In this document: one piece after another, positions 35,219-47,182 of the stretch
Layout of the letters: each line of letters opens with the position of its first letter
How positions within the stretch are numbered: the first letter of the stretch is position 1
Assembly: GCA_030832605.1 (NCBI GenBank)
Contig: JAURIU010000001.1
Location: forward strand, 2,144-66,143
Direction of reading: 5' to 3'
Origin: Rhodoluna sp.
Lineage (GTDB): Bacteria > Actinomycetota > Actinomycetes > Actinomycetales > Microbacteriaceae
Length of the DNA: 64,000 nt
The notes under the pieces: model-generated
Database searches by the model: none
What the model was told of the DNA's origin: nothing
Seen by the model: only the letters and a program-made list of their open reading frames with translations
Translations under genes and position numbers: made by a program

Positions 35219-37192
35219 ATGTCGCAATCCGACGCAATTGAGAACTTATTCGAAGAGCACCGTGTGTTTGCACCGGCTGACGAATTCACTGCGCAGGCGG
35301 TAGCCCAAGCATCCATTTATGAACAAGCCACACAAGACCGACTCGGTTTCTGGGCCGAGCAGGCCAACAAACTTCACTGGCACAAGCCGTTTACCAAAAC
35401 CCTGAACTGGAGCGAAGCTCCATTCGCCAAGTGGTTCGAAGACGGCGAAATCAACGTGGCCTACAACTGCCTCGACCGCAATGTGCTCGAAGGTCGCGGC
35501 GAGCGAGTCGCCATTCACTTCGAAGGCGAGCCTGGCGACACCCAAACCTATACCTACTCCCAGCTGACCGAAGCCGTGAAGCGTGCGGCCAATGTGCTCA
35601 ACGGACTTGGCGTGACCAAGGGCGACCGCGTTGCAATCTACCTACCGCTGATTCCCGAAGCAATCATCTCGATGCTTGCAGTCGCCCGGCTCGGCGCGAT
35701 TCACTCGGTGGTGTTCGGCGGATTCAGTGCCGATTCTTTAGCAACGCGCATCCAAGATGCCGGTGCAAAACTTGTTATTACCGCAGACGGCGGCTACCGA
35801 CGCGGCAAGGCCTCGGCCCTCAAGCCTGCAGTCGACGAAGCTCTCGGCACCAACAACTGCCCGAGTGTTGAGCACGTGCTGGTGGTCAAGCGCACCGAGC
35901 AGCCGGTTGAATGGTTCGAGACCACAGACATTTGGTGGCACGAGGCAATGGCCGAAGCCAGCCCAGAGCATGAGGCACAGGCTTTCGAAGCCGAGAATCC
36001 GCTGTTCATTCTCTACACCTCGGGCACCACGGGCAAGCCAAAAGGCATTCTGCACACCACCGGCGGCTACCTCACTCAGGCAGCCTTCACCCACCGCAAC
36101 GTGTTCGACCTGCACCCCGAAACCGATGTTTACTGGTGCACCGCCGACGTTGGCTGGATCACCGGCCATTCTTATGTCGTCTACGGCCCGCTAGCCAACG
36201 GCGCGACCCAGGTTATCTACGAAGGCACCCCAGACAGTCCGCACCCCGGTCGATGGTGGGAAATCATTCAAAAGTACGGCGTGACCATTCTCTACACCGC
36301 ACCTACCGCGATTCGCTCGTTCATGAAACTTGGCCGCAGCATTCCAGACCAGTTCGACCTCAGTAGCCTGCGCCTGCTCGGATCGGTTGGCGAGCCAATA
36401 AACCCAGAAGCGTGGATGTGGTACCGCGAGGTCATCGGAGGCAACCGTTGCCCGATTGTCGACACCTGGTGGCAAACCGAAACCGGTGCCATCATGATCA
36501 GCCCGCTGCCAGGAGTAACGCACGCCAAGCCGGGTTCGGCGCAGGTGCCGATTCCAGGGATCAGCGCTCGAGTTGTTGACGAACATGGTCACGAGGTTGA
36601 CAACAACCACGGTGGCTACCTAACTCTCACCGAACCGTGGCCGTCAATGTTGCGCGGTATCTGGGGCGACCCAGAGCGCTTCGTCGACACCTATTGGTCT
36701 CGCTTCGAGGGGCAGTACTTCGCAGGTGACGGCGCTAAGAAAGACGCGGATGGTGACATCTGGCTGCTCGGCCGCGTCGACGACGTGATGAACGTTTCGG
36801 GGCACCGCCTATCCACCACCGAGCTAGAGTCGGCGCTGGTTGCGCATCCGTGGGTTGCCGAAGCCGCAGTGGTCGGTGCTCGCGATGAGGTTACCGGTCA
36901 GGCGATTGTTGCTTTCGTGATTTTGCGCCAAGACCAGCTCGAGGCGGCCGGCGCTGATGCCGACGTTTCGCGAGTGTTGCGCGAGCACGTTGCTAGAGAG
37001 ATCGGCCCGATTGCCAAGCCTCGCCAAATTCTTGTAGTTTCTGAACTGCCAAAAACCCGTTCGGGCAAGATCATGCGACGCCTTCTTCGCGATGTCGCCG
37101 AAGATCGACCGATTGGTGATGTGACCACTCTTGCCGATAGCGGCGTCATGGGTGCAATCGCCGGCAAGCTTTCAACCGGCGCGCAAGACTAA
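35219..37192 (+). CDS. acs: acetyl-CoA synthetase
   Basis: YTSGTTGKPKG, WCTADVGWITGHSY, DTWWQTETG, PKTRSGKIMRR. Confidence 0.97.
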   Translation: MSQSDAIENLFEEHRVFAPADEFTAQAVAQASIYEQATQDRLGFWAEQANKLHWHKPFTKTLNWSEAPFAKWFEDGEINVAYNCLDRNVLEGRGERVAIHFEGEPGDTQTYTYSQLTEAVKRAANVLNGLGVTKGDRVAIYLPLIPEAIISMLAVARLGAIHSVVFGGFSADSLATRIQDAGAKLVITADGGYRRGKASALKPAVDEALGTNNCPSVEHVLVVKRTEQPVEWFETTDIWWHEAMAEASPEHEAQAFEAENPLFILYTSGTTGKPKGILHTTGGYLTQAAFTHRNVFDLHPETDVYWCTADVGWITGHSYVVYGPLANGATQVIYEGTPDSPHPGRWWEIIQKYGVTILYTAPTAIRSFMKLGRSIPDQFDLSSLRLLGSVGEPINPEAWMWYREVIGGNRCPIVDTWWQTETGAIMISPLPGVTHAKPGSAQVPIPGISARVVDEHGHEVDNNHGGYLTLTEPWPSMLRGIWGDPERFVDTYWSRFEGQYFAGDGAKKDADGDIWLLGRVDDVMNVSGHRLSTTELESALVAHPWVAEAAVVGARDEVTGQAIVAFVILRQDQLEAAGADADVSRVLREHVAREIGPIAKPRQILVVSELPKTRSGKIMRRLLRDVAEDRPIGDVTTLADSGVMGAIAGKLSTGAQD

Positions 37193-37196
37193 CGAG

Positions 37197-37658
37197 CTAC
37201 TTGAACTCGACGATCAGTTCGAGTTCGACCGGTGAGTCAAGCGGCAAAACCGGCACGCCAACTGCCGAACGAGCATGCGCCCCGGCATCACCGAAAACTT
37301 CTCCCAAAAACTCGGATGCACCGTTGATAACCCCTGGCTGGCCAGAGAAATCTGGGGTGGATGCTACGAACCCGACCACTTTCACAATGCGAGTTACTCT
37401 GTCGAGGTCACCGATTACCGACTTCACCGCGGCGAGCGCGTTTAGAGCGCACTGGCGAGCATAGGCTTTGCCATCTTCTGGCGAAACGGTCGCGCCGAGC
37501 TTGCCTGTCTCAGGGAGCGAGCCCGAAACGAAAGGCAGCTGGCCAGAAGTGAAAACGAGATTGCCCGTGACTACCGCCGGAACGTAGGCGGCAACTGGTT
37601 TGGCAAGTTCGGGTAGTGGCGAGCCGAGCTCGGCCAAACGTGCTTCGATGCGGCTCAT
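37197..37658 (-). CDS. RidA/YjgF family protein
   Basis: AAYVPAV, SGQLP, VKVVGFVAS, NGASE, HARSAVG..LPLDSPVE. Confidence 0.9.
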   Translation of the reverse strand: MSRIEARLAELGSPLPELAKPVAAYVPAVVTGNLVFTSGQLPFVSGSLPETGKLGATVSPEDGKAYARQCALNALAAVKSVIGDLDRVTRIVKVVGFVASTPDFSGQPGVINGASEFLGEVFGDAGAHARSAVGVPVLPLDSPVELELIVEFK

Positions 37659-37810
37659 TAGGCGACCGCGCGCTTCATGAAAGCGATCAATCCGCCTGCA
37701 GGACCTGCCTCAACAGAGACGAGCTCCCAGCCGTCGACTCCCCAGGCATTCAAAATCTGGGCTTCTTTGTGCAAAAGTAGCGGCACAGTGGCATATTCCC
37801 ATCTGGTCAC
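37658..37810 (-). CDS. DUF4177-type small protein
   Basis: TRWEYATVPL...QILNAWGVDGWELV...FMKR; conserved position between ponA and RidA. Confidence 0.8.
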   Translation of the reverse strand: MTRWEYATVPLLLHKEAQILNAWGVDGWELVSVEAGPAGGLIAFMKRAVA

Positions 37811-37850
37811 GTTCAGCATCCTCTCAAACTTTGCGGGTAACCTAGAGTCT

Positions 37851-40361
37851 ATGTCTAGACGCGAGCGCCAAAAAACTGGCTCTGGAGGTGTGCTCAGATT
37901 CACTGGGCTCTCTGCTCTAGCAGGTGTACTTTCGATGGCCCTGCTGGCCCCGATGCTACTCGTCGGCGGTTTTGCACTAACCACCGGCATCAGCGTTTTC
38001 GAAAACCTTCCTTCTTACATGAAGCCCGTTAACGCCTCGCAATCTTCAACCCTTTTTGCCACGGATGACGCAGGTAAGCCCGTCAAAGTGGCTACTTTTT
38101 ACCACGAAAACCGCATTTCGGTCGACTATGAAGACATCTCGCACTACTTTGTTGACGCTGTGGTTTCAACCGAAGACCCCCGCTTTTGGCAGCACGCGGG
38201 TGTCGACATCATTTCCTTTACCCGTGCATCGTTCTCTAACGTTGCATCTGCTGGACAAGGTCCCGGTGGTTCAACCATCACTATGCAGTACGTGAAAAAC
38301 AGCTTGATCGCAGCGGCGACCATCGCCGGTGACGAAGAGGCCATCGCAGATGCGCAGGCCCGCTCGATCGACCGCAAGCTTCGTGAAATGCGCTTAGCGA
38401 TTGCTCTTGAGCAGCAGTCAAACAAAAAAGAGATATTTGCCGGTTATTCGAACCTCTCATTCTTCGGCGGTCAGCTAAATGGCGTCGAGGCAGCGGCCAA
38501 CTATTACTACGGCATTACGGCCAAGGACCTCGAAATTCACCAGGCGGCCATGCTTGCCGCAATGTTAAAGGGCCCGAACGACTACCGTCCTGACGTTGCC
38601 GAGAATCTGACACGCGCCAAGAACCGTCGCGACTACGTGATAAACAACATGAAAGACGCTGGCTACATCACTTCTGCCGAAGCCGATGCGGCCAAAGCGG
38701 AGCCAGTAGATGTAAAGCCTCAAGAGGCACCAAGCGGTTGTGAAGCCAACCAAACCTATGCGTTCTTCTGCGACTACGTGGTGTGGTCGATTCGAAACAA
38801 CATTGAGTTTGGTCAGACTGCCGAAGATCGCGAAAACCTGCTTCGTCGCGGTGGCCTAGAGATTTACACCTCGATGAATATAGACATGCAGAAGGCGGCC
38901 GACGAAGCTACCAAGAAGTGGGTTCCGCCAACTGACGAGAGCCAGATTGGTTCGGCCTCGGTTTCGGTTGAGGTTGGCACCGGTCGTGTGCTTTCGATGG
39001 CGCAGAACCGCATCTATGACCAGACCGGTTCTACCGAACTCGGTCGTACTTCGGTGAATTACTCGACCGACAAAGAGTACGGTGGCTCATCGGGCTTTCA
39101 GACCGGTTCGACTTACAAGCTTTTCACCTTGGCTGCATGGCTGAACGCGGGTAAAAAACTTAACGACCACGTCGATGGCCGTGTGCGCGAATGGAACGCT
39201 TCAGACTTCAGAGCCCGCTGCGGAAACCTGGTTGGAACGTGGGCACCAAACAACATTGTCAAAGAGCCAGAAGACCTGAGTGTTGTTTCGGCAACATCAC
39301 TGTCGGTCAACACCGCGTTCGCCTCGATGGCCTCGCAGCTTGACCTTTGCGACATTCGCGACACCGCCATGGCGTTCGGTGTGCACCGCGCCGACGGCAC
39401 CGAACTTCAGTACGTTCCGTCTTCGATTCTGGGTGTCAACGAAATCGCCCCAATCACCATGGCCGCAGCTCTTGCTGGAATCTCGAACAATGGAACCTTC
39501 TGCACGCCGGTAGGTATCGACCGTGTCTTCGTTCGATCAAGCAAAACCGACATGCCAATTCCAAAGACGAAGTGTTCACAGGCGGTTACCCCAGAGGTTG
39601 CCCACGGAATGATTTACGCGATGAAGCGAGTAATGTCGGGTGGAACCGGTGGAGCGTCAAACACCGGAGACGGTGCGATGCTCGCTGGTAAAACGGGAAC
39701 CACCGACTCCGGCGTACACACTTGGATGACCGGAACCTCGACCTCGGTCGCGACGGCCACCTGGGTGGGTAACGTTTCTGGCAAGACCTCGCTGTCGCGC
39801 ATCCGCTTGAATGGCAAAGCCGGTAACACCGTTCGCCACGACATTTGGCGAGCAATCATGAAGGTTGCCAACAAGGAGTACCCGACCGGCGCCTTCCAAA
39901 ACCCGCCGCAAGAGATGATCGACGCAACCATGATTGTGATTCCGAAGGTGTCCGGAGTTACACCCGAATCAGCTGCCGAAAACATCAAGATCAGCGACCT
40001 GAACGCGGCCATTCAAACCAAGGGCGTGGCATCGTCGTTGCCTAAGGGCACGGTTGCCTACACCAAGCCTTCTGCAGGCCAGGTTGTGCCTCGTGGAACC
40101 CAGATCAAGATTTACGTGAGTAACGGCGGAAAGATCAAGATTCCGCGCGCCGGCGTAGTTGGCGAAACGGTTGAAACCGCAACGGCCACGCTGCTCGCTC
40201 TCGGATTCCCTGCAGTCACAGTTCCACAACCATCTCAGGGCCAGTATTTTGTTTCACACCCGACCATTCCGGCGGGTAACGTGGTCGGAACATTGCCGGG
40301 GGTTGGAACATCCGCTGCAGTCACCGGCGCTGTGCTGTTGATCATTTCAACCGGTCCATAA
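37851..40361 (+). CDS. ponA: class A penicillin-binding protein (transglycosylase/transpeptidase, PASTA)
   Basis: EDPRF..H.G, GGSTITMQYVKN, RKLRE, GSTYK (SxxK), SVN, GKTGT; C-terminal PASTA repeats. Confidence 0.93.
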   Translation: MSRRERQKTGSGGVLRFTGLSALAGVLSMALLAPMLLVGGFALTTGISVFENLPSYMKPVNASQSSTLFATDDAGKPVKVATFYHENRISVDYEDISHYFVDAVVSTEDPRFWQHAGVDIISFTRASFSNVASAGQGPGGSTITMQYVKNSLIAAATIAGDEEAIADAQARSIDRKLREMRLAIALEQQSNKKEIFAGYSNLSFFGGQLNGVEAAANYYYGITAKDLEIHQAAMLAAMLKGPNDYRPDVAENLTRAKNRRDYVINNMKDAGYITSAEADAAKAEPVDVKPQEAPSGCEANQTYAFFCDYVVWSIRNNIEFGQTAEDRENLLRRGGLEIYTSMNIDMQKAADEATKKWVPPTDESQIGSASVSVEVGTGRVLSMAQNRIYDQTGSTELGRTSVNYSTDKEYGGSSGFQTGSTYKLFTLAAWLNAGKKLNDHVDGRVREWNASDFRARCGNLVGTWAPNNIVKEPEDLSVVSATSLSVNTAFASMASQLDLCDIRDTAMAFGVHRADGTELQYVPSSILGVNEIAPITMAAALAGISNNGTFCTPVGIDRVFVRSSKTDMPIPKTKCSQAVTPEVAHGMIYAMKRVMSGGTGGASNTGDGAMLAGKTGTTDSGVHTWMTGTSTSVATATWVGNVSGKTSLSRIRLNGKAGNTVRHDIWRAIMKVANKEYPTGAFQNPPQEMIDATMIVIPKVSGVTPESAAENIKISDLNAAIQTKGVASSLPKGTVAYTKPSAGQVVPRGTQIKIYVSNGGKIKIPRAGVVGETVETATATLLALGFPAVTVPQPSQGQYFVSHPTIPAGNVVGTLPGVGTSAAVTGAVLLIISTGP

Positions 40362-40365
40362 CTCC

Positions 40366-41253
40366 ATGGAGTGGCTGCTAGCTCTAGTGGGCCTTGGCTT
40401 GCTCGCCGCAATCTGGGGCATCGGCATTGAACGTCACCTCTACACAATTCGACAGACCGAAATTGCCGGGGTTTTGCCCGCCGGTTCGAAACCGATTCGC
40501 GTGCTTCACGTCAGCGACTTTCACCTCGCCCCCTGGCAAAAGCGCAAACAGCGTTTCATCGCCGGGCTTGCGAACCTGAACCCTGACCTCGTGGTGAACA
40601 CGGGCGACAACCTCGGGCATCGCGACGCCATCGGCCCTCTGGTCGAGTCACTGACTCCATTGATGCGCTACCCCGGCGTCTTTGCCCACGGCTCGAACGA
40701 CTACGAAGCGCCCAGCCTGCGCAATCCGCTTAGTTACCTGCTTCACCCGTCAAAACCGCAGCACGGGCATCCGCTTGACACCGATCGCATGACCAGCGCG
40801 TTTGAGGCAGCCGGTTGGCTGAACTTGAACAACAAAGGTGGCGAGCTCGAGGTTTCTGGGCTGCGCATTGGTTTCATTGGCTTGGATGACGGGCACGACG
40901 GCAAAGACGACGTTGCGAGCATCCCCGCTCAGGTCAGAAGTCAAACGGCAATCGATTTGCGCATCGCGGTGACTCACGCGCCATACCTGCGCTTCATCGA
41001 ACTTTTCACCGAGGCCGATGCGAGTGTGATTTTTGCGGGCCACACGCACGGCGGTCAGGTTTGCCTGCCGGGAAATCGCGCGCTGGTTACCAACTGCGAT
41101 CTGCCCACTCGTTATGCGCGGGGCCTAAGCGCATGGAGTTTTGGCGGCAAGAACTCGATTTTGAATGTCTGTGCCGGTTTGGGCACCTCGATTTTTGCGC
41201 CGGTCAGACTTTTTTGCCGTCCCGAAGTGCGGCTAGTTACGCTGCTGCCCTAA
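40366..41253 (+). CDS. metallophosphoesterase (YkuE-like)
   Basis: SDFH, TGDN, GSNDY, THAP, AGHTHGGQ. Confidence 0.9.
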   Translation: MEWLLALVGLGLLAAIWGIGIERHLYTIRQTEIAGVLPAGSKPIRVLHVSDFHLAPWQKRKQRFIAGLANLNPDLVVNTGDNLGHRDAIGPLVESLTPLMRYPGVFAHGSNDYEAPSLRNPLSYLLHPSKPQHGHPLDTDRMTSAFEAAGWLNLNNKGGELEVSGLRIGFIGLDDGHDGKDDVASIPAQVRSQTAIDLRIAVTHAPYLRFIELFTEADASVIFAGHTHGGQVCLPGNRALVTNCDLPTRYARGLSAWSFGGKNSILNVCAGLGTSIFAPVRLFCRPEVRLVTLLP

Positions 41254-41256
41254 GCG

Positions 41257-41814
41257 CTATTTGAGCGCCCAGATTTCGGGGCCGAGGGCGATGTAGTTGC
41301 CTCGTTCGTTGTCGCAACGGGCGTTCGTGCCATCAACCCAGCAGGTGATTCCGTTCGACGAAATCTTTTCGCCAGAGTTGAGGGTCAGCGCCCCCTTGGG
41401 GTCGGCATAGGTGCCGCCCGAGCAAGGCATGTCGACGACCGGAAGTCCAGATGGTGCGGTAGCCCAGAGGCGAACCTGGTATCCGTAAGTTAGTTCACAG
41501 GTGTCTGGAACGTTTAGTGGTGTGTAGAGAGCATTAGCTTCGTTCTGCTCACAAACCGCATAGTTGCTTTCGAAGTTGATGGTGCACCAAACTGAACCGT
41601 TGCCGGCTCTGAATGTGTATTCGCCAAAGCCCATATCAAACTGCGTGGCATCGACCAAGGTTGCGTCGGCAGGCGCGGCGTCGGGAATCAGCGCAGGGTC
41701 GATGGTTGGCTGCGCGGAAGTGCTCGCTGTCGGATCAGCAACTGACGTTCCCCCGCAGCCGCTGAGTAAAGTGATGAGCGCTAGTGAGACTAGGGCTATT
41801 TTCGCGCGGCGCAT
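41257..41814 (-). CDS. putative lipoprotein, Cys-rich extracellular domain
   Basis: MRRAK + hydrophobic stretch + LSGC lipobox; multiple Cys (SVWC, GITC, ARC). Confidence 0.7.
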   Translation of the reverse strand: MRRAKIALVSLALITLLSGCGGTSVADPTASTSAQPTIDPALIPDAAPADATLVDATQFDMGFGEYTFRAGNGSVWCTINFESNYAVCEQNEANALYTPLNVPDTCELTYGYQVRLWATAPSGLPVVDMPCSGGTYADPKGALTLNSGEKISSNGITCWVDGTNARCDNERGNYIALGPEIWALK

Positions 41815-41914
41815 ATGTTCAACATACCTTTTTGCAATGGCACTTAGATGTAAGCCCGAGTACAAACTTGCGGGCGTGTTGCCCAGCGTTGACGCAGGTT
41901 CTGTGGGGTCGAGA

Positions 41915-42982
41915 TTAGAACTCGGCGGCAACCAATTCGGCGATTTCGTAGGTGTTCAGAGCGGCACCTTTGCGAAGGTTGTCGCCGACCACGAAAAAGT
42001 CGATGGTGTTGTCGAAATCGAGAGCCTGGCGAATGCGACCAACGAAGGTTGGGTCTTGGCCAGCCACGTGAGCCGGCGTCGGGTAGACGCCGTTAGCCGG
42101 GTCATCCATGACTCGGATGGTCGGCTGAGCCTCGAGCACTTCGCGAACCTGCTCGGGGGTGAGGTTATTTTCGAAGGTAGCGTGAACAGTGAGCGAGTGG
42201 CTCACCTGAACCGGAACGCGCACGCAGGTTGCGGCAACTTTCAGGGTTGGAATGCCAAGAATCTTGCGCGACTCGTCGCGAACCTTCATCTCTTCGCTGG
42301 TGTGGCCGCCAGCCTTTAGCGAACCCGCGAACGGAATCACATTCAGGGCAATTGGCACCGGCCACGGCGACTGCGACAAATCGGCACCACCGGCGGCGAG
42401 CGCAGCCGATACGTTGTCACTGACTAGGCCAAGATCACGCTGGCCGCCAACCACTGCCAGTTCATCAGCAAGACGTTCGATTCCGACAGCGCCTGCACCC
42501 GAAACGGCCTGGTACGACGAAACCACTAGCTCCTTGAGGGTCCACTTGCGGTGAAGCGCACCCATCGCGGCCATCATGGTGAGAGTTGTGCAGTTTGGGT
42601 TCGAGATGATGCCGAGTGGGCGAATCTTGGCCTGCTCTGGGTTCACCTCTGGCACAACTAGCGGAACATCCGGGTTCATGCGGAACGCACCCGAGTTGTC
42701 AACGGCAACCGCGCCGCGCTCGGCAGCAATCGGTGCCCACACTTCTGAAACCTCGTCGGGCACGTCAAACATTGCAATGTCGATGCCGTCAAACGCCTCG
42801 GCCGATAGCGCGACCACGGTTAGCTCTTCGCCGTGAACCTTGATCTTCTTGCCAGCTGAACGTGGCGATGCGATGAGTCGAATCTCTCCCCAGATGTTTG
42901 GGCGGTTGTTTATGATGTCGATCATCACGGTGCCCACGGCGCCGGTTGCGCCCACTAGTGCGAGGTTTGGTTTGCGGCTCAT
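41915..42982 (-). CDS. asd: aspartate-semialdehyde dehydrogenase
   Basis: [38 protein letters not shown]. Confidence 0.96.
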   Translation of the reverse strand: MSRKPNLALVGATGAVGTVMIDIINNRPNIWGEIRLIASPRSAGKKIKVHGEELTVVALSAEAFDGIDIAMFDVPDEVSEVWAPIAAERGAVAVDNSGAFRMNPDVPLVVPEVNPEQAKIRPLGIISNPNCTTLTMMAAMGALHRKWTLKELVVSSYQAVSGAGAVGIERLADELAVVGGQRDLGLVSDNVSAALAAGGADLSQSPWPVPIALNVIPFAGSLKAGGHTSEEMKVRDESRKILGIPTLKVAATCVRVPVQVSHSLTVHATFENNLTPEQVREVLEAQPTIRVMDDPANGVYPTPAHVAGQDPTFVGRIRQALDFDNTIDFFVVGDNLRKGAALNTYEIAELVAAEF

Positions 42983-43031
42983 CGGTTCTCCTATGCCTGT
43001 GTTTCTAAAATCTCGGATGCTCGTGCTGGAC

Positions 43032-44306
43032 TTATCGGCCGGTGCCGGCGTAAACCGTGGCTTCGATGTCGGTGTCTAGTTCGAATGCGGTGTGCACGGC
43101 ACGAGCGGCATCGTCTAGCTGAGCGATGTCGGTGACCACCGAGATGCGAATCTCAGAGGTCGAAATCATTTCGATGTTGATGCCGGCCTTGGCGAGCGCT
43201 CCGAACAAAGTGGCCGAGACGCCAGAATGCGTGCGCATGCCAGCGCCAACCACCGAAAGCTTGCCGATCTCGTCGTCGAATTCGAGGCGCTTGAAACCGA
43301 TCGAACCGTGAGCTGCTTCGAGGGCGGCAACAACCTTGGCCCGGTCTGCCTTTGGAAGTGTGAACGAAATGTCGCTGATCTTGGCTTCGGCGTCGATTCC
43401 GGTTGCGGTGTTCTGAACGATCATGTCGATGTTCGCACCGGCTTCGGCGACCAGGGTGAACACCTCGGCTGCCTTGCCCGGCTGGTCTGGAATACCCTCA
43501 ACCAAAATCTTGGACTGGCCCTTGTCGGTGGCTACACCTGAAACGACTGACTCTTCCATGTTTTCTCCGTTTTTCGTTGCATAAACGATGGTGCCTGGGT
43601 CTTCGCTAAACGTCGAACGCACGCGAAGGTCTACATTGTGACGCCGAGCAAATTCAACGGCACGGATGTGCAGAATTTTGGCTCCCGCGGCTGCGAGTTC
43701 GAGCATCGACTCGACGTCGATTGCATCTAGCTTGCGGGCGGTTGGAATGACTCGAGGGTCGGCAGTGTAAACGCCGTCGACATCCGAGTAGATTTCACAA
43801 AGGTCGGCATCGAGAGCCGCGGCGAGTGCTACGGCAGTGGTGTCTGAGCCACCTCGACCCAATGTGGTGATGTCTTTTGACTCCCGGTTGAAGCCCTGAA
43901 AACCGGCCACGATGGCAATGTCGCCAGCATCGAGTGCCTCACGGATGCGCCCCGGAGTTACCTCGGCGATGCGAGCGTTGCCGTGCACTTCGTCGGTGAT
44001 GATTCCGGCCTGAGAGCCAGTGAATGAGCGAGATTTTGCGCCGAGCGAGTTGATGGCGAGTGAAAGAAGGGCCATCGAAATGCGCTCACCTGAGGTTAGG
44101 AGCATGTCGAGCTCGCGAGGGCTTGGGCTGTCGGTTACCTGGTGGGCTAGGTCTAGAAGCTCATCGGTGGTGTCACCCATTGCCGAGACGACGACTACCA
44201 CCTGGTTTCCGGCATTTTGGGCAGCAATAACGCGCTTTGCGACGTGCTTGATTTTGTTGGCGTCGCCTACAGACGATCCGCCATACTTTTGCACGATTAG
44301 GGCCAA
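43032..44306 (-). CDS. lysC: aspartate kinase
   Basis: [35 protein letters not shown] domains, YAGTGR end. Confidence 0.96.
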   Translation of the reverse strand: MALIVQKYGGSSVGDANKIKHVAKRVIAAQNAGNQVVVVVSAMGDTTDELLDLAHQVTDSPSPRELDMLLTSGERISMALLSLAINSLGAKSRSFTGSQAGIITDEVHGNARIAEVTPGRIREALDAGDIAIVAGFQGFNRESKDITTLGRGGSDTTAVALAAALDADLCEIYSDVDGVYTADPRVIPTARKLDAIDVESMLELAAAGAKILHIRAVEFARRHNVDLRVRSTFSEDPGTIVYATKNGENMEESVVSGVATDKGQSKILVEGIPDQPGKAAEVFTLVAEAGANIDMIVQNTATGIDAEAKISDISFTLPKADRAKVVAALEAAHGSIGFKRLEFDDEIGKLSVVGAGMRTHSGVSATLFGALAKAGINIEMISTSEIRISVVTDIAQLDDAARAVHTAFELDTDIEATVYAGTGR

Positions 44307-44402
44307 AGCGCTGCTCCTGAAAATGGTCGAACTACTTGAGATTTAGGGGTGGGATTCGACGGTGAATCAGTGATTTTCGAGATTCGAAGACTGCTGTCTA
44401 GT

Positions 44403-44999
44403 CTAGTTGACTTGTCGTCGACCCTCAAAGGCGCGACCAAGTGTGACTTCGTCGGCATATTCGAGGTCTCCACCAACCGGTAGACCCGATGCGAGGCGCG
44501 AAATTGTGATTCCGAGCGGGCTCAACATGCGGGTTAGGTAAGTTGCCGTTGCTTCGCCTTCGAGGTTCGGGTCGGTCGCGATGATGATTTCTTGAATCTC
44601 AGGGTTGCCGAGACGCGCCATGAGTTCTTTGATGCGCAGGTTGTCTGGGCCGATGCCCTCGATCGGGCTGATTGCGCCGCCTAGCACGTGGTAGGTGCCT
44701 CTGAATTCGCGGGTGCGCTCGATTGCCTGAACGTCTTTGCTCTCTTCGACCACGCATATGGCGGTTTTAGTGCGACGCGGGTCACGGCAAATGTTGCACT
44801 GCACTTCTTCGGCTACGTTGCCGCAAATTTCACAAAAGCGAACGCGCTCTTTGACCTCGAGCAGCACCTGGGCCAAGGTTTTAGCCTGGTCGTCTTCGGT
44901 TTGTAGCAGGTGAAAGGCGATGCGCTGAGCGGACTTTGGGCCAACACCCGGCAGGCGGCTCAACTCGTCGATGAGTTCTTGAATTACGCCTTCATACAT
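44403..44999 (-). CDS. recR: recombination protein RecR
   Basis: [11 protein letters not shown] HhH, C4 zinc finger, Toprim [11 protein letters not shown]. Confidence 0.97.
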   Translation of the reverse strand: MYEGVIQELIDELSRLPGVGPKSAQRIAFHLLQTEDDQAKTLAQVLLEVKERVRFCEICGNVAEEVQCNICRDPRRTKTAICVVEESKDVQAIERTREFRGTYHVLGGAISPIEGIGPDNLRIKELMARLGNPEIQEIIIATDPNLEGEATATYLTRMLSPLGITISRLASGLPVGGDLEYADEVTLGRAFEGRRQVN

Positions 45000-46909
45000 C
45001 AGCGGCCGCCGCTCGGGTCATCGAGTGGCTTTGCGCCAAACTCGCGCAAGATCGATTCGCCATAGCGTTCGGCGTCTGGAACATCTGCCTTGCGCGACTT
45101 GGTGGCCTTGGCTGGCTTGGCATCGGCAGCTGGCTCGGCAGGGGCGACGTCCGTAGGTGCATCCGTAACAACGTCCGCCACGAGGGGTTCGCTGACGGAG
45201 ATCGTGTCGGACACTGTGTCGGAGGCCGCTTCTACTTCTGGCTCGGCTTGAACCGCAATAGGTGTGGTTGGGGCTTCGGCTACAGGCGCTGCAGCGGCTA
45301 CCGGCGCCGCTTCTGCGGCAGGGGCTTCTGCGACAGGCACTTCAACCTGCGGCTTGAACTTCACGGTCACGCCGAGCTCGTCGGTGATCGCCTTGCGAAG
45401 AACATCTGGAGCCTGGCCCGAAGTTTTGAAGGTTTCGAGATCGCTCTGGCTCATGAAACGAAGGGTGAGCACACCTTCGGCAAATTCGACGACCTTGAGC
45501 GTGTAGGCGACAATCCAAGCGCTCTTCGACGCCTTTTCCACCCGGCTCAAAATGGCCTGCCAAGAATCTCTGAACGCCTCGGTGGTCAACTCTGGGATGC
45601 TCACCGCAGCAGCAGGAGCTGCAACCGAAACGGCTGGTGCCGCCGGGGCTTTCGCCGCAGGTGCGGTCGCGGGTTTGGCAGGTTCGGCTTTTGCTGGTGC
45701 TGGCGCAGCTTTGGTCGCAGGCGCAGCCGGAGCGGCACCGTCGCTCGGCAACCCGATGCGGCGTTCTAGGCGTTCGATGCGTGCCAGCGAACCAACCTCA
45801 GAGGTGTCGGCAGCAGGAACCAAAACGCGAGCAATCATTAGCTCAAGGTGAAGCTTCGGGCTGGTTGCACCAGACATTGCGGTTAGCGAATCGTTCACGA
45901 TATCGGCCGCGTGCGCCAACTCTGACGGGCCAAACTGCTCGGCCTGCATGCGCATTTTCTCGAGCTGGTCGTCACTAACTCCACGCAAAACAGCCTTAGC
46001 ATCGTGGCCGGCAGCAGCCACCAAAATGAGGTCGCGCAAGCGCTCGAGAATGTCTTCGACAAATTGTCTTGGGTCTTGACCGGTTTGAATCACACGATCG
46101 ACGGCGGCGAAAGCGGCCGATGAGTCGTGCAGCGAGAGTGCCTCAACGGCTTCGTCGAGAAGGGTGTCGGGAGTGTATCCGAGTAGCGCAACCGCACGCT
46201 CGTATTCAACTTTCGAACCCTCTGAACCAGCAATCAACTGGTCTAGAAGCGATAGTGAGTCGCGAACCGAGCCTCCGCCAGAGCGAACCACGAGCGACAA
46301 AACCCCTGGGGCAACCTCGACAGTTTCGCTGATGCAAAGTTGCTCTAGGTAGTCGAGCATCTGGGCAGGCGGCACGAGCCTGAACGGGTAGTGGTGAGTG
46401 CGCGAGCGGATGGTCGAGATGACCTTTTCTGGCTCGGTGGTTGCAAAGATGAATTTGACGTGGGCAGGTGGCTCTTCGACGATCTTGAGCAGTGCGTTGA
46501 AGCCGGCCGCGGTAACCATGTGGGCCTCGTCGAGAATGAAGATTTTGTAGCGGTCGCGGGCCGGAGCAAAGGCGGCACGTTCGCGAAGATCTCGGGCATC
46601 ATCTACACCGTTGTGACTGGCGGCGTCGATTTCGACGACATCCATGCTGCCACCGCCGTTTCGAGACAGTTCGATGCAACTCGGGCACTTGCCGCAAGGG
46701 GTGTCGGTCGGGCCTTCGGCGCAGTTTAGGCAGCGAGCCAAGATGCGGGCAGAGGTGGTTTTACCGCAGCCACGAGGGCCAGAAAAGAGGTAGGCGTGGT
46801 TGACGCGGTCGCCGCGAAGGGCAGTCATAAGAGGTGCGGTTACTTGAGACTGGCCAATGAGTTCGGCGAAAGTCTCGGGGCGATAGCGACGGTATAGGGC
46901 GGTGACCAC
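44999..46909 (-). CDS. dnaX: DNA polymerase III subunit gamma/tau
   Basis: [29 protein letters not shown]; Ala/Pro-rich linker. Confidence 0.96.
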   Translation of the reverse strand: MVTALYRRYRPETFAELIGQSQVTAPLMTALRGDRVNHAYLFSGPRGCGKTTSARILARCLNCAEGPTDTPCGKCPSCIELSRNGGGSMDVVEIDAASHNGVDDARDLRERAAFAPARDRYKIFILDEAHMVTAAGFNALLKIVEEPPAHVKFIFATTEPEKVISTIRSRTHHYPFRLVPPAQMLDYLEQLCISETVEVAPGVLSLVVRSGGGSVRDSLSLLDQLIAGSEGSKVEYERAVALLGYTPDTLLDEAVEALSLHDSSAAFAAVDRVIQTGQDPRQFVEDILERLRDLILVAAAGHDAKAVLRGVSDDQLEKMRMQAEQFGPSELAHAADIVNDSLTAMSGATSPKLHLELMIARVLVPAADTSEVGSLARIERLERRIGLPSDGAAPAAPATKAAPAPAKAEPAKPATAPAAKAPAAPAVSVAAPAAAVSIPELTTEAFRDSWQAILSRVEKASKSAWIVAYTLKVVEFAEGVLTLRFMSQSDLETFKTSGQAPDVLRKAITDELGVTVKFKPQVEVPVAEAPAAEAAPVAAAAPVAEAPTTPIAVQAEPEVEAASDTVSDTISVSEPLVADVVTDAPTDVAPAEPAADAKPAKATKSRKADVPDAERYGESILREFGAKPLDDPSGGR

Positions 46910-46969
46910 GGTGAAAGCCTAACCTCCTCATACGACATCGTCAGGCCCGAAACGGGCACCTTGTGAAAA

Positions 46970-47058
46970 GACTCCCCGCACACCCGCCAGAGCCCAGTTA
47001 CCCTTGCTATCTTTCGATCCTGGGGGAGTTAGCTGAGGTGACGCCGCACGGGGAGTCC
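46970..47058 (-). ncRNA. ffs: signal recognition particle RNA (4.5S)
   Basis: Terminal stem GACTCCCCG...CGGGGAGTC and domain IV CCAGG-ATC-GAAA-GAT-AGCA; immediately upstream of dnaX. Confidence 0.9.
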
Positions 47059-47182
47059 ACGCCAATTCTAAACCCTCTGCGGTCGGGGCGGACTCCTCAG
47101 TTTCGATTGTCAACAGGACGCAATCACGATTGGCCAAGTGATATGTTGCAGTAATCTGAAAGCAACAAGATCGGGGTAGCCA

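Noticed and set aside
45080-45740. Repetitive GC-rich tract within dnaX
   Set aside because: Encodes the ordinary Ala/Pro-rich tau linker
46995-47025. SRP RNA domain IV with GAAA rather than GGAA loop
   Set aside because: Still a GNRA tetraloop with a paired stem; known variation
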